Both the position numbers and the translations under genes were made by a program. A stretch of 64,000 nucleotides of DNA from Anaeromyxobacteraceae bacterium (GTDB taxonomy: Bacteria; Myxococcota; Myxococcia; Myxococcales; Anaeromyxobacteraceae). The notes under the pieces are model-generated. The model had not been told where the DNA came from, searched no databases, and saw only the letters and a program-made list of their open reading frames with translations. Where the stretch lies: NCBI GenBank assembly GCA_047602405.1, contig JASGHJ010000001.1:1792001-1856000 (forward strand). The letters run 5' to 3'. Shown here in pieces: positions 19,330 through 27,999 of the stretch. The first letter of the stretch is position 1. Each line of letters starts with the position of its first letter.

Positions 19330-20135
19330 GAGGTGGCGTCCTTGGGGGCGGGGTGCTCGTGGTACGGCGTGCGCTTCCACCAGAGGAGGAGCGCGTTCCA
19401 GTAGATCGCGGCGATCACCTTCGCGGTCATCGCCGGGAAGCGGAGCAGCACGGACGCGAGCGCGAGGCCGGTCATCGGCCGGCGCTCGAGGGCGAGCGTG
19501 GCGTCGAAGATCGAGCGGCCGCCCTCGAGGTTGTCCATGTGCACGGCGAGCCGGTCGCCCGGCACCGAGAAGCGCCAGTCGTAGGTCTGCGCCATGCCCA
19601 TGAACGGCGAGACGTGGAAGGCCTTCGGGAACTTGAATCTGTACGAACGACCACCGTTCGTCCCGAGCGTAGGGCCCGCAAGAGCGGGCCCCGAGTCGAG
19701 GGACCGGGCATCCAGCACGTAAGGGTGCCGCTCGTTCCAGGGCGTGTTGTTCACCTCGCCGACGATGGCGTCGAGCGCGCCGTCCGCCGCGAAGCAGTAG
19801 TAGAAGCTGACCGGGTTGAAGCCGTAGCCGAAGTAGCGCAGGTGCGTGAGGAGCCGCACCGGCCCGGCCGGGCGCCGCCCGAGCTCCTGCTCCACGAGGT
19901 CCCGCACCGCCTCGTCGAGCGGGCGCGCCGGATCGCCGAGGTGGTCCTCGCGGCGCCAGGCGGCGAGGTTCGGGCGGCCGATGGACCACAGCCACCGCCC
20001 CGCGAACACGCGGTCGAGCTCGCCGAGGTCGAGCATCACCATGAACACGCGGTAGCGGAGCGCGTGCTCCGTCGGCGCGCGGCGACGGTGCTGGACCGTG
20101 CCCTCGTAGAGGCAGGAGGCGAGCCCGGCGCTCAC
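19326..20135 (-). CDS. DUF1365 family protein (UfaO-like), carrying an in-frame palindromic repeat
   Basis: LYEGTVQHRR, FNPVSFYYC, EVNNTPWNERH, KAFHVSPFM, IYWNALLLWWK; 4-bp overlaps with both neighbours. Confidence 0.9.
   Translation of the reverse strand: MSAGLASCLYEGTVQHRRRAPTEHALRYRVFMVMLDLGELDRVFAGRWLWSIGRPNLAAWRREDHLGDPARPLDEAVRDLVEQELGRRPAGPVRLLTHLRYFGYGFNPVSFYYCFAADGALDAIVGEVNNTPWNERHPYVLDARSLDSGPALAGPTLGTNGGRSYRFKFPKAFHVSPFMGMAQTYDWRFSVPGDRLAVHMDNLEGGRSIFDATLALERRPMTGLALASVLLRFPAMTAKVIAAIYWNALLLWWKRTPYHEHPAPKDATS
19654..19704 (+). repeat. REP-like repeat copy B, inside DUF1365 CDS
   Basis: CCGTTCGTCCCGAGCGTA-GGGCCCGC-AAGA-GCGGGCCC-CGAGTCGAGGGAC, 51 bp. Confidence 0.85.
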
Positions 20136-21403
20136 GCCGCGAGCCCTTCCTGCGCGGCGCCCGCCGCGGCGCGGCGGATCCGGCGCGCGACCTCGAGGCC
20201 GCTCCTCACGCCGTCCTCGTGGAAGCCGTAGCCCCAGTAGGCGCCGGCGAAGTGCACGCCGTGGGCGCCGTCGATCTCGGCGTGGCGGCGCTGCGCGCGC
20301 ACGCCGGCCGGCGTGTAGATCGGGTGGTGATAGACCATCCGGCGCAGCACCTTCGAAGGGTCGACGCGGTCCTCGAGGTTGAGCGAGACGAGGAGTGGCG
20401 CCGGCGTCGCGAGCCCCTGCAGCCGGTTCATGTCGTAGGTCAGCGTCGCGCCGTCGCGGGGCGTGCCGGTCACGCGGACGTTCCAGCTCGCCCAGGCGCG
20501 GCGGCTCGCCGGCATGAGGCTCGCGTCGGTGTGGAGGAGGGCGACGTTCCGCTGGTACGGGAGCGCCGAGAGCACCTCGCGCTCGGCGGGCGTCGCGTCG
20601 GAGAGGAGCGCGAGCGCCTCGTCGGCGTGCGCGGCGAGCACGACCCGGTCGAAGCGGTCGGCGTGGCCGCCGGCGGCGATCACCTCCACGCCGGCGGGGG
20701 TGCGCCGCACCGTCTGCACCGCCGCGCGCCGCACGCGGTCCTGCATCGGCGCGAGGATCGCGTCGACGTAGCGGCGCGAGCCGCCGCTGACCGTGCGCCA
20801 GGTGACCTGATCGGTCACCTGGAGGAAGCGGTGGTTGTCGAAGAAGCGGCAGAACGTGTGGATCGGGAACGCGTCGAAGCGGCGGACGTCGGCGGACCAG
20901 ACCGCGGTGCCGAGCGGCACGAGGTAGTGCTCGCGGAACGCCGCGCCGAAGCGGTGGCGGCGCAGGAACTCGCCGACGGTCTCGCCGCGGTCCGGCTCCT
21001 CGAGGAGCGCGCGCGCCTCGCGGTTGAACCGCCCGATGTCGCGGAGCATCCCCCAGAACGACGGCCGCAGCAGGTTGCGCCGCTGCGCGAAGACCGTGTC
21101 GAGGTTGGTGGCGCGCCACTCCCGCCCGCTCCGCTCGTCGGTCACCGAGAAGCTCATGTCGCTCGCGCGCGTCTCGACGCGGAGCTCCGCGAGGAGCCGC
21201 ACGAGCTCCGGGTAGGTCTCCTCGTTGTAGACGATGAAGCCGGTGTCGACCGGCACGCGCACGCCGCCGACCTCGACGTCGTGCGTGTGGGTGTGGCCGC
21301 CCACGTGGTCGCCGCCCTCGTAGAGCACGACGTCGTGCTCGCGCCGGAGGTGGTGGGCTGCCACGAGCCCGGAGACGCCGCTGCCGACGATCGCGATCCG
21401 CAT
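20132..21403 (-). CDS. FAD-dependent oxidoreductase (amine-oxidase family, UfaD-like)
   Basis: MRIAIVGSGVSGL, GGHTHT, VDTGFIVYNE, AWASWN, GAYWGYGFHEDG. Confidence 0.9.
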   Translation of the reverse strand: MRIAIVGSGVSGLVAAHHLRREHDVVLYEGGDHVGGHTHTHDVEVGGVRVPVDTGFIVYNEETYPELVRLLAELRVETRASDMSFSVTDERSGREWRATNLDTVFAQRRNLLRPSFWGMLRDIGRFNREARALLEEPDRGETVGEFLRRHRFGAAFREHYLVPLGTAVWSADVRRFDAFPIHTFCRFFDNHRFLQVTDQVTWRTVSGGSRRYVDAILAPMQDRVRRAAVQTVRRTPAGVEVIAAGGHADRFDRVVLAAHADEALALLSDATPAEREVLSALPYQRNVALLHTDASLMPASRRAWASWNVRVTGTPRDGATLTYDMNRLQGLATPAPLLVSLNLEDRVDPSKVLRRMVYHHPIYTPAGVRAQRRHAEIDGAHGVHFAGAYWGYGFHEDGVRSGLEVARRIRRAAAGAAQEGLAA

Positions 21404-21414
21404 GTCTCCTGCCC

Positions 21415-21442
21415 TTCGAGGCGCGCCGGGCTCCCGGATGCG
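21415..21442 (-). promoter_or_regulatory. ECF-type promoter GCATCC-N17-CGAA of ufa/cfa operon
   Basis: Minus strand CGCATCCGGGagcccggcgcgcctCGAA; same motif and spacing recur before msrP. Confidence 0.6.
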
Positions 21443-21517
21443 GGAGGGACCCGAGGGCGCCTGCCCGGCGGACGCCGGGCGCAAACGCGTGGTGAATCCG
21501 AGGGGTCTCTAAGGCGC

Positions 21518-21556
21518 TAGACAATACCTGGACAAGCCCTGGACGGGGCCTGTGCA
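21518..21556. promoter_or_regulatory. CarH/CarA(LitR)-like operator: 11-bp tandem TnnACA repeats
   Basis: TAGACA 21518, TGGACA 21529, TGGACG 21540, TGTGCA 21551. Confidence 0.55.
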
Positions 21557-21613
21557 GCCGGCCGGCCTCGCTCCTCGCCAAACCCGCGGGTTTCCGCTAG
21601 AAGGCGCCGCGAG

Positions 21614-23212
21614 ATGATCTCGGTTCAGGACGTCACCAAGGCCTACGGGCCGAAGAAGCTCTTCGAGGACGTGAACGTCGCGTTCGCGCCCGGGAACCGG
21701 TACGGCCTCACCGGCCCGAACGGCGCCGGCAAGACCACCTTCATGAAGATCCTCGCCGGCGACGAGGAGCCGGACACGGGGAACGTCTTCCGCCCGAAGA
21801 AGCTCGGCATCCTGCGGCAGGACCACTACCGCTTCGAGGACAACCGGGTCCTCGACGTCGTCCTGATGGGCAACCAGCCGCTCTGGAAGGCGATGCAGGA
21901 GAAGGAGTCGCTCCTCGCGAAGGGCGAGATCACCGACGACGACGGTCACCGCCTCGCCGACCTCGAGAACGTGATCGCGGAGGAGGACGGCTACTCGGCC
22001 GAGTCGGACGCCGCCGAGCTGCTCCAGGGCCTCGGCATCGAGGGCCCCTGGCACGACCAGCCGATGCGCGCGCTCACCGGCGGCTACAAGCTGCGCGTGC
22101 TGCTCGCGCAGGCGCTCTTCGGGAAGCCCCAGGGGCTGCTCCTCGACGAGCCCACGAACCACCTCGACATCGAGTCGATCCGGTGGCTCGAGAAGTTCCT
22201 GCACGCCTACGAGGGCGTGCTCATCACCATCTCGCACGACCGCCACTTCCTGAACGCGATCTGCACGCACATCGCCGACATCGACTACGAGTCGATCATC
22301 ACCTACCCGGGCGGCTACGACGACATGGTCCGGCAGAAGGGCCAGGTGCGGTCGCGCGTCGAGTCGGAGAACGCCGAGAAGGCGAAGAAGATCGAGCAGC
22401 TCCGGGAGTTCGTCGCCCGCTTCCACGCCGGCACGCGCGCCTCGCAGGTGCAGAGCCGCGTCCGCGCGATGCAGAAGCTGAAGCTCGAGGACATGAAGCG
22501 GTCGAACATCGCCGCGCCGTTCATCAAGTTCGAGCAGAAGGCGCCCTCGGGAAAGCAGACCCTCACCATCGAGGACATCTCGAAGAAGTTCGGCGGCAAC
22601 GAGGTCATCCAGCCGTTCAGCGCGCTCGTGACCCGCGGCGAGAAGATCGCCGTCATCGGCAAGAACGGCGTCGGCAAGACCACGCTCGTGAAGATGATCG
22701 CCGGCGAGCTGCAGCCGGACCACGGCCACGTGAAGTGGGGCCACCAGGCCCAGGTCGGCTACCTCCCGCAGGACCAGGCCGGCGTCATCCGCCCCGGCAC
22801 GACCGCCTTCGGCTGGCTGCGCGAGCTCGAGGACAAGCTCTCGAACGAGGAGATCTCCGGCCTGCTCGGCCGCATGCTCTTCTCCGGCGAGGAGCGCATG
22901 AAGCCGACCGCGACGCTCTCCGGCGGCGAGACCGTGCGGCTCCTGATGTCGAAGCTGATGCTCTTCAAGGACAACGTCCTCGTCCTCGACGAGCCCACGA
23001 ACCACCTCGACCTGCAGTCCATCGCCGCGCTCTCCGAGGGCCTGCAGCGCTACGAGGGCACGGTGATCGTGGTGACGCACGACCAGGAGCTCATCCGCGA
23101 GGTCGCCTCGCGGATCTGGGTCATGCACCGCGACGAGCCGATCCTCGACTTCGTCGGCAGCTTCGACGACTTCGTCGCGAAGCACCCGGACCTCGCGACC
23201 GCGCATCAGTGA
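21614..23212 (+). CDS. ABC-F family ATPase (YbiT-like)
   Basis: Two ABC domains (GPNGAGKTT, GKNGVGKTT; LDEPTNHLD twice), no TM. Confidence 0.92.
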   Translation: MISVQDVTKAYGPKKLFEDVNVAFAPGNRYGLTGPNGAGKTTFMKILAGDEEPDTGNVFRPKKLGILRQDHYRFEDNRVLDVVLMGNQPLWKAMQEKESLLAKGEITDDDGHRLADLENVIAEEDGYSAESDAAELLQGLGIEGPWHDQPMRALTGGYKLRVLLAQALFGKPQGLLLDEPTNHLDIESIRWLEKFLHAYEGVLITISHDRHFLNAICTHIADIDYESIITYPGGYDDMVRQKGQVRSRVESENAEKAKKIEQLREFVARFHAGTRASQVQSRVRAMQKLKLEDMKRSNIAAPFIKFEQKAPSGKQTLTIEDISKKFGGNEVIQPFSALVTRGEKIAVIGKNGVGKTTLVKMIAGELQPDHGHVKWGHQAQVGYLPQDQAGVIRPGTTAFGWLRELEDKLSNEEISGLLGRMLFSGEERMKPTATLSGGETVRLLMSKLMLFKDNVLVLDEPTNHLDLQSIAALSEGLQRYEGTVIVVTHDQELIREVASRIWVMHRDEPILDFVGSFDDFVAKHPDLATAHQ

Positions 23213-23215
23213 GCG

Positions 23216-23244
23216 CCGGCCTCCGGCGCGCGGCCGGAGGCCGG
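23216..23244. terminator. Hairpin between convergent ABC-F and cytochrome genes
   Basis: CCGGCCTCCGG-CGCGCGG-CCGGAGGCCGG perfect 11-bp stem. Confidence 0.6.
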
Positions 23245-23251
23245 AACGCGC

Positions 23252-26200
23252 TCACCAGGTCTCGCTGCCGTGGCACGACGGCGTGCAGCTCCGCGACGTC
23301 GGGTTCCACGACCGGATGCCGGTCCCGGACTGCGTCGTGACGATCGTCTTCACGCCGTCCACGTGCGTCGCGAGGGCGACCCCGTTGCCGGTGGGCGGGG
23401 ATCCCGTGCTCGTGTAGCCCGCGCCGTGGCAGGTCGAGCACGCGACCTTGTGGTTCGAGCGGGTGTGGTTGTTGGGCAGGGAGGCGCCCGTCACCGCGTG
23501 GCATGCGGTGCACGCATTGACCGTCGCGTTCCAGGTCGGCGCCGTCAGCGTCCCGCCGGAGGTGCCGCCGCTGCGGTTGATCACCGCCCCGTGGCACCAG
23601 GTCGACGCGCAGGAGCCCGCGGTGGTGCCGTTCCCGGCGGTGAACGACCCCTTCCGCAAGTTCGCGTTCGCCGCGCCGCCGAAGCCCACGTCCCGGGTCG
23701 CGTTCGGGTGGCTCGTCGTGTAGCTGCCCACGCCCTGGTGGCAGGTCGTGCAGGCGAACGCGTTCGCGTAGCTGCCGCCGGTGAGGTGCTTCTGGTGGGC
23801 GCCGACGCGGACGCTGGAGGAGAGACCCGCCGTGTCGACCGGCGGGGCGGCGTTGAGCGGCGCGGCGGCGGTGGCCGACTGGCCCGCCTTGCCGTGGCAG
23901 GTCGTGCAGGTCATCGCGACGTGGTCGACGATGCCGTTGAGGTGGGTCGCCGCGTTCACCGTCGCGCTCGAGTAGCCGGTGTGGCAGGTGCCGCAGTCGG
24001 TCCGCTGCAGGTGCGGGGCCGGCGGCGGGGCGCCGTGGCAGCTCGTGCAGCCGAGCGCGGTCGTGCTCGTCCAGCTCACCTGGCCGCCGTTCCCGCCGGT
24101 GAACGTGCCGTGGCAGTAGGTGGCGCAGGTGGCCGCGGTGTCGGACGTGCGGGTGTACGTGCCGTTCGACATCCCCGTGAGCTGCACCTCGGCGGGGCCG
24201 CCGTCCATGTGGGCGGCGTCGGTCACGACGTCGCCGCGGGCGGCGTGGCAGGCGGTGCAGCCGATGGCGGTGGTCGTGAGCGTCGTGGTGGCGTGCTTGT
24301 CGTGCGCGCCGACCGACACGTTCGAGCGGAGCGAGAGCCCGGCCGTGTCGACCGGCGGCGAGGCGCGCCCACCCGGGGTGCCGTGGCAGAAGGTGCACTC
24401 GGTCCGCCAGCCGGCGTGGCCGTTCGCGGTGTGACAGGTGGTGCAGTCGGCGAGGTCGGTCCCGTGGCAGGTCTTGCAGGAGGAGAGGCCGTTGGCGTTC
24501 GCGGAGTAGCCGTGCTGCTCCTTCGCGGCCCAGCCTGCGGCGTGGCCGCCGGTCGCGTCGACCTTGCCGTCCATGTGGAGGGCGAGGTTCACGGTCGTGG
24601 CGGTGTAGCCGGTGTGGCAGGTGTCGCAGGAGGACGCCGAGTGGCCGGCGGGCGGGATGGCGTGGCACGAGCCGCAGGTCATCGCGCCGCCCGTCCAGGT
24701 CACCGTCGCGTTCGCGCCGCCGGTGAAGTTGCCGTGGCACCAGGTCGCCGAGCAGCTGGCCGTCGCGCCCGCGGCGCCCGGCGTGTACGTGCCCTTCGCG
24801 AGGTTCGCGTTCGGGGCGCCGGTGAAGCCGACCTCGCGCGTGCCGTTCGCGTGGCCGTTCGCGTAGCCCGCGACGGTCGCGTGGCAGGTGGCGCAGGCGA
24901 GGGCGGCGCCGAAGGTGCCGCCGGTGAGGTGCTTCTGGTGGGCGCCCACGCGCACGCCGGTCGAGGCGCCCGCGGCGTCGACCGGCGGGGCCGCGTTGAG
25001 CGGCGCGGCGGCGGTGGCGGCCTGGCCGGCCTTGCCGTGGCAGGTGCTGCACGCGAGGGTCACGGTGTTGACCGTGCCGTTGACGTGGGTGCTCGCGTTG
25101 ACCGAGGTCGCGGTGTAGCCGGGGTGGCAGGTGCCGCAGTCGGTGCGCTGCACGTGCGGCACCGGCGGCGGGGCGCCGTGGCAGGAGGTGCAGGTCATCG
25201 CGGCCGTGCTCGTCCAGGAGGCGGTGGCGTTCTTCCCGCCGGTGAACGCGCCGTGGCAGTAGGTCGTGCAGGTGCCGTCGGTCGCCGAGACGTGGGTGTA
25301 CGTGCCCGCGCCGAGCCCGGTGAGCGCGACCTCGGCCATGCCGCCGCCGTCCATGTGGCCGGCGTCGGTGATCACGCTCCCGCGGGACGGGTGGCAGACC
25401 CCGCAGCCGATCGCCGGCGACATCGCCGGCGCCGCGTGCTTCGCGTGCGCGCCGACCGAGGTGTTCGTGCGGGCGGAGCGGCCCTGCGTGTCGACCGGCG
25501 GGGAGATCTGCCCGCCCGCCGTGCCGTGGCAGAAGAAGCAGTCGGTCGCCCACGCCGAGGTGACGGCGGCGTGGCACCCGTTGCAGCCCTGGACACCGTT
25601 CGCGCCGGTGAGGGTCGCGCCGTGGCAGGCCTTGCAGCTCGCGAGGCCGTTCGCGTTCGCGTAGTAGCCGTGCTGCTCCTTCGCCGCCCAGCCGGCCGCG
25701 TGGCCGCCGGTCGTGTCGACGTTCCCGTTCATGTGGAGCGCCGCGTTCACGGTGGTCGCGGTGTACCCGGTGTGGCAGGTGCCGCACGCGCCGGTGGCGT
25801 GGCCCGCGGGCGGCGTGCCGTGGCAGGTGCCGCAGATCGCCTGGGAGGTGCCGCCCGTCCAGACCGGCTGCGCCGAGAGGTGGCAGGCGGTGTTCGAGCA
25901 GGTGAGGTTGCCGGTGTTCCACGACGGCGTGCGCCCGCCGGAGGAGGCGGCCGGGCCGAAGGCGACCTGGGGCGTGCCGTCGACGTGCGCGAGGGTCGTT
26001 ACGGCCGCGTGGCACTCGCCGCACGCGACCTGCGGGCCGACGCCTCCGCCGGCGAGGTGCTGCTCGTGGGCGCCCACCGCGCGCTGCGACGCGAGGAGCT
26101 CGCCGCGCGTGCCCTCCGGCGGCGCGGCCTTCCAGGCGACCGTGCGCGAGGGCGTGCCGTGGCAGAAGGTGCAGTCGGTCTGCCAGCCCGAGCCGCCGTG

Positions 26201-26932
26201 GCAGTCGTTGCAGGAGACGCCGGTCGAGCCGCCGTCGTAGTCGTTCCCGTGGCAGGTGCGGCAGGAGGCGAGGTCCTCCTTCGCGGCCGGGCCGTGCTGC
26301 ACGGGGTCCGACCAGCCCTGCGGGTGCGCGCGCTCGACGTCGATCTTGCCGTTCTGGTGCAGGCCGTTCGCGACGATGATCTTCCGGTTCGCGTCGACGG
26401 TGCCGGGGTGGCAGGTGTTGCACTGGGTGGAGCCCGGCGCGTGGTTCGGCGGCGGCGCGCCGTGGCAGTCGCCGCACTCGGCGGGCGCGCGGTCGAACCA
26501 GGCCGGGCTCGTGGCCGGGCCGCCGGAGAGCTTCGGGCCGTGGCACCAGACCGCGCAGGTGTGGGTGACGGGGTCGTACGCGGCCGTGACGCCATTCGCG
26601 CCGGCGATCGCGCCGAAGGTGAGCTCGACCTTCCCGTTCGTATGGAAGGTGGTGTCCGGCACCGCGTGGCACTCCGAGCAGGCGATGCGGCCGCGGAACT
26701 GCCCGCCGTGGAGGTGCGCGAGGTGCGCCCCGGCCTCGCCCACGCCGCCCGGCGTCTGGGGCGGCGCGGCCTTGTCCTTCTCGGCCGGCTCGTCGCGCGT
26801 CGCGTCGCCGTGGCAGGCGGTGCACTTCGTCCTGCCGACCTCGCCCTCGGCGATGGGCCGGGCGATGCCGTCACAGCCGGTGACGAGGGCGGCGAGGAGC
26901 GCCGCCGCGAGGGCGAGGGTGGTGAGCTTCAT
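23252..26932 (-). CDS. Giant lipoprotein multiheme cytochrome c (CxxxxCH/CxxCH repeat family), 37 heme motifs
   Basis: Start ATG 26932 MKLTTLALAAALLAALVTGC lipobox; manual count 30 CxxCH + 4 Cx3CH + 3 Cx4CH. Confidence 0.92.
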   Translation of the reverse strand: MKLTTLALAAALLAALVTGCDGIARPIAEGEVGRTKCTACHGDATRDEPAEKDKAAPPQTPGGVGEAGAHLAHLHGGQFRGRIACSECHAVPDTTFHTNGKVELTFGAIAGANGVTAAYDPVTHTCAVWCHGPKLSGGPATSPAWFDRAPAECGDCHGAPPPNHAPGSTQCNTCHPGTVDANRKIIVANGLHQNGKIDVERAHPQGWSDPVQHGPAAKEDLASCRTCHGNDYDGGSTGVSCNDCHGGSGWQTDCTFCHGTPSRTVAWKAAPPEGTRGELLASQRAVGAHEQHLAGGGVGPQVACGECHAAVTTLAHVDGTPQVAFGPAASSGGRTPSWNTGNLTCSNTACHLSAQPVWTGGTSQAICGTCHGTPPAGHATGACGTCHTGYTATTVNAALHMNGNVDTTGGHAAGWAAKEQHGYYANANGLASCKACHGATLTGANGVQGCNGCHAAVTSAWATDCFFCHGTAGGQISPPVDTQGRSARTNTSVGAHAKHAAPAMSPAIGCGVCHPSRGSVITDAGHMDGGGMAEVALTGLGAGTYTHVSATDGTCTTYCHGAFTGGKNATASWTSTAAMTCTSCHGAPPPVPHVQRTDCGTCHPGYTATSVNASTHVNGTVNTVTLACSTCHGKAGQAATAAAPLNAAPPVDAAGASTGVRVGAHQKHLTGGTFGAALACATCHATVAGYANGHANGTREVGFTGAPNANLAKGTYTPGAAGATASCSATWCHGNFTGGANATVTWTGGAMTCGSCHAIPPAGHSASSCDTCHTGYTATTVNLALHMDGKVDATGGHAAGWAAKEQHGYSANANGLSSCKTCHGTDLADCTTCHTANGHAGWRTECTFCHGTPGGRASPPVDTAGLSLRSNVSVGAHDKHATTTLTTTAIGCTACHAARGDVVTDAAHMDGGPAEVQLTGMSNGTYTRTSDTAATCATYCHGTFTGGNGGQVSWTSTTALGCTSCHGAPPPAPHLQRTDCGTCHTGYSSATVNAATHLNGIVDHVAMTCTTCHGKAGQSATAAAPLNAAPPVDTAGLSSSVRVGAHQKHLTGGSYANAFACTTCHQGVGSYTTSHPNATRDVGFGGAANANLRKGSFTAGNGTTAGSCASTWCHGAVINRSGGTSGGTLTAPTWNATVNACTACHAVTGASLPNNHTRSNHKVACSTCHGAGYTSTGSPPTGNGVALATHVDGVKTIVTTQSGTGIRSWNPTSRSCTPSCHGSETW

Positions 26933-26975
26933 TCGCGGCTCCGGGGGGAGAAGTCGTGCAAACCCCCGGAACCAC

Positions 26976-26991
26976 AGCAAGCCGCGTGCCC
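26976..26991 (-). promoter_or_regulatory. Sigma-54 promoter of the multiheme cytochrome
   Basis: Minus strand GGGCACGCGGCTTGCT = GG-N10-GC, near consensus TGGCACGNNNNTTGC. Confidence 0.75.
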
Positions 26992-27152
26992 CCGGATCGG
27001 GGTACATCGTCGATCCGCGGCCTTACGTCCCCCGACGCTGCGTGCGGGTCACGAAAGGGGGTCAATGCGGACGCAAGTCGCGCGCGCCACCTCCCCAGGG
27101 CGCAGGCTTTTCTGGGGGTGAACGTGGGCGCGCGGCCCACCTCCGCCTGCAC

Positions 27153-27974
27153 TCAGGCGAGACCGGTTCTCAGCACGCGGGCGAGGAGGTCGGGCCGATC
27201 GCTCACGAGGCCATCCACTCCCAGTGACAGGAGCGTCCGCATGTCGGCCTCGGTGTCGACGGTCCACACGTGCACGGGCATGCCGAGCCGGTGGAAGTGA
27301 TCGACGACGGGCTTCGTGACGACCTCCAGCTCTCCCATGCGGTGCGGCAAGGACGCGAGCTCGTAGTCGCGCGGGCAGCCCTCCGGCGGCTGGCCGGACA
27401 TCGCCGCCATGACGTGGCAGGTGGCGGCCTGCTCCGGGAGGTAGCGCGCCACCTCGGGGAGGAGCGCGCCGATCCGCTCCGCCTGCGCGTCGAAGAAGGA
27501 GCCCAGGCACACCCGCTCGACCGCGCCCGCCTGGCGGACGACCCGCACGAGCGCCTCGGCGAGCGCGGGGTCGGTGCTCTTCGCGTCGACGTTGAACCGC
27601 ATGGAGGGGTAGCGGGCGAGGACCTCCAGGAACGTCGGCGCCTGCACGCCGAGCCCGCGGAACGGGAAGGTGCGCCCGCCGTCGAGGGTGAAGCCGAAGG
27701 CGGCGTCGAGCGCCTCGACCTCGGCGAGCGTGCGCGCCTCGATGGTGCCGGGCTGGCCGGTCAGGCGGCCCGTCTCGTCGTCGTGGAACACGACCACGAC
27801 GCCGTCCCGGGTGAGGTGGACGTCGGTCTCGATCGCGTCCGCGCCGAGCTCGACCGCGCGGTCGAAGGCGACGAGCGTGTTCTCGGGCGCGAGCAGGCTC
27901 CCGCCCCGGTGGGCGACGAGCCAGGGGCCCGGCTTCGAGAAGTACGGCTTCTGGACGAACGGGGCGCGGGCCAT
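27153..27974 (-). CDS. Glycerophosphodiester phosphodiesterase
   Basis: AHRGGSLLAPENT, IETDVHLTRDG, VFHD, VHVWTVD, GVDGLVSDRP. Confidence 0.9.
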   Translation of the reverse strand: MARAPFVQKPYFSKPGPWLVAHRGGSLLAPENTLVAFDRAVELGADAIETDVHLTRDGVVVVFHDDETGRLTGQPGTIEARTLAEVEALDAAFGFTLDGGRTFPFRGLGVQAPTFLEVLARYPSMRFNVDAKSTDPALAEALVRVVRQAGAVERVCLGSFFDAQAERIGALLPEVARYLPEQAATCHVMAAMSGQPPEGCPRDYELASLPHRMGELEVVTKPVVDHFHRLGMPVHVWTVDTEADMRTLLSLGVDGLVSDRPDLLARVLRTGLA

Positions 27975-27999
27975 GCGGGAAAAGGTTACAACCCCCGGC

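Noticed and set aside
27047..27077. GAAA...GGACGCAA resembling a c-di-GMP-I/GEMM riboswitch near the cytochrome
   Set aside because: On the wrong strand for the cytochrome, upstream of its sigma-54 promoter, and lacks the GGCAAAC/P2 pairing
27072..27089. Second sigma-54-like TGGC...TTGC
   Set aside because: GG-to-GC spacing is 12 rather than the required 10
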